The notes beneath the pieces were generated by a model, which saw only the letters and a program-made list of their open reading frames with translations, was not told the origin of the DNA and ran no database searches. A program made the position numbers and the translations under genes. Shown in pieces: positions 62,572 through 64,000 of a DNA stretch of 64,000 bases. Source of the DNA: Cystobasidiomycetes sp. EMM_F5 (lineage: Eukaryota). Location of the stretch: positions 1-64,000 of the forward strand of contig JBPGPT010000040.1 of assembly GCA_051047955.1 (NCBI GenBank), in the 5' to 3' direction. Each line of letters begins with the position of its first letter. The first letter of the stretch is position 1.

Positions 62572-64000
62572 TTACAACGCCTGCTCCGCTATTGGCATCG
62601 CCCTTCTCCTCCTTCGAGCTCGAAATCGCGGGCCAAACGTCACCTCGATGTACCACAACGGCGCGCACACTACAGCGATCAATGCCATGGTCGTGTACAT
62701 CCAGCCTGGGCCCAGTGCCTGGAGCAGCGGATCGACTATGGCAGTACCCCCAGCTCCGAGCAAACAGCGGGAGAGATTCATTGATGCAATGGCCGATGCT
62801 GAGGCTTTTGGGAAGAGGTCGACCCTGTCACATGGACGTTAGGAGATCAAATCCGCGAAAACAGCGTTTCTTGCTCACAAAAGCGTGGAGTGACTGTTCG
62901 TTATCGTTGTGCTCGTGATACCTACGATAAATTGGAGAATGAGCGGGACTGCCAGATGAGCTCTGCACTGTACCGCCCATCCATATCCGATGACTGAACC
63001 AGCAAGTAAAACGAAATAGTACGCTATGAACGGCCGTCAGCAGTGCGCTATACTCTGGCATTTACGATCGCAGCGATATTCTCACGTATAGTGCGCAGTC
63101 TTGCATGCTCTATTGGGAAGTCGTCGCCGTCTGTGCGTGCGACTTGCATATCTTTATGCTGCTTCCTGAACTTCTCGACGGTCAAGCGGTAGTCTCGGTC
63201 TAGCCTACGAGTGTTGAGCAGAGCCGCTGCAATGCAGCCGGCACCGAAAGCGAGGAAACACAGGCCGATCTCGCTTTCGTTCAATCCATAAGGTGCCTGT
63301 AATACAACGGCAACCGAAGTAATGACACTGTAGAAAAGTGTATCTATAAGGACATGCAATCATCAGACCGCATAATCTTGACATTGAGATAATTTACTGA
63401 CAGCATATAGCGTTGAAACCGAGAATGAGACAAACATCGGGTTGCCCGAAGTTTTTGACTGAAGCAAGCCAGTCAATATCCTTCCAGCTTTTCGCCGTTG
63501 GACGTTGTTCCTGTATTTGTTCGACTTTACTCGAAGTTGTGTTTCCGTCTGAGCGTTGCCTGAGCCAGTATAGCAGCGACGTGTTGACGGGCTTAGGAGG
63601 AATACTTCCGTTGCCAACGAGAGAGCGCAGAGTCTGTGACAGATGTCAACGAAAATTCTGGCATCCAAAGGCGTCATTACCTCTGGAAGAACGGCTGCCA
63701 TGATAAGGAAGACCACACCAGAAAAAGCTGCCAGAAATGCAAAGATTCTGCATGGGGCGTAAATCAGGACGGAGCGCAAAGAGACTGCCGTCCAGGCTCA
63801 GCTTACGATTGCCAGCCAAAAGCTTGCGTCATGAGCCCGCCGATTACCGGTCTGCAGAAAAGATGTCAGCCTGGAGACTGAAGAAGAAGCCAAAGAGAGT
63901 CAACTGACCCGATGGTCGGACCGAGCTGAGGTCCCAACTGGTATATTCCCATAAATCCGCCTCGTTCTGATCTATCAGCAATATCCCCGATGAATCCGCC
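62572..64000 (-). CDS. MFS transporter, DHA1/QDR-like; 5' part lies outside the window
   Basis: GFIGDIADRSERG, GPTIG-PVIGGL, WQSLFAPS...LPE-TLR, YGLNESEIGLCFL, DFPIEHARLR, NLSRCLLGAGG. Confidence 0.85.

Noticed and set aside
1..64000. Transposons, CRISPR arrays, tRNA and rRNA genes
   Set aside because: No transposase/RT motifs, terminal repeats, periodic arrays or tRNA box patterns were recognised by eye; an intron-containing tRNA could have been missed

Overview
Gene-dense, intron-rich fungal genomic DNA, most likely a basidiomycete (inferred from many 50-70 nt introns with CTRAC/CTRAT branch sites, degenerate donors and the gene families present). About 30 spliced protein-coding genes could be rebuilt by hand from the ORF track and splice signals. 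The first 53 kb is mostly housekeeping genes: three different 20S proteasome alpha subunits (PRE6, PRE8, PRE5), mitochondrial bL19, IQGAP, a CDF metal transporter, a ModF-like ABC ATPase, a hybrid histidine kinase, RPS1, EDEM/MNL1, VPS60, BNA1, a cytochrome b5, SAM synthetase, SWD1 and a J-protein. The last 11 kb (53.1-64 kb, open at the right edge) is a compact catabolic-type cluster: Zn(II)2Cys6 regulator, divergent homogentisate-dioxygenase-like enzyme, HSL-family alpha/beta hydrolase, cytochrome P450, NicF-like isochorismatase-family amidohydrolase and an MFS transporter. The enzyme set parallels the bacterial maleamate route for N-heteroaromatic rings rather than fungal tyrosine catabolism; this is a hypothesis. 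Other notable details are 4-nt and 5-nt micro-exons, an in-frame stop or 27-nt mini-intron in a vWA gene, a PTS1-terminated soluble cytochrome b5 and a recurring CGCGTCA promoter element. No rRNA, tRNA, CRISPR or transposon was recognised. All exon boundaries are manual predictions and all family calls come from recalled motifs, not database searches.
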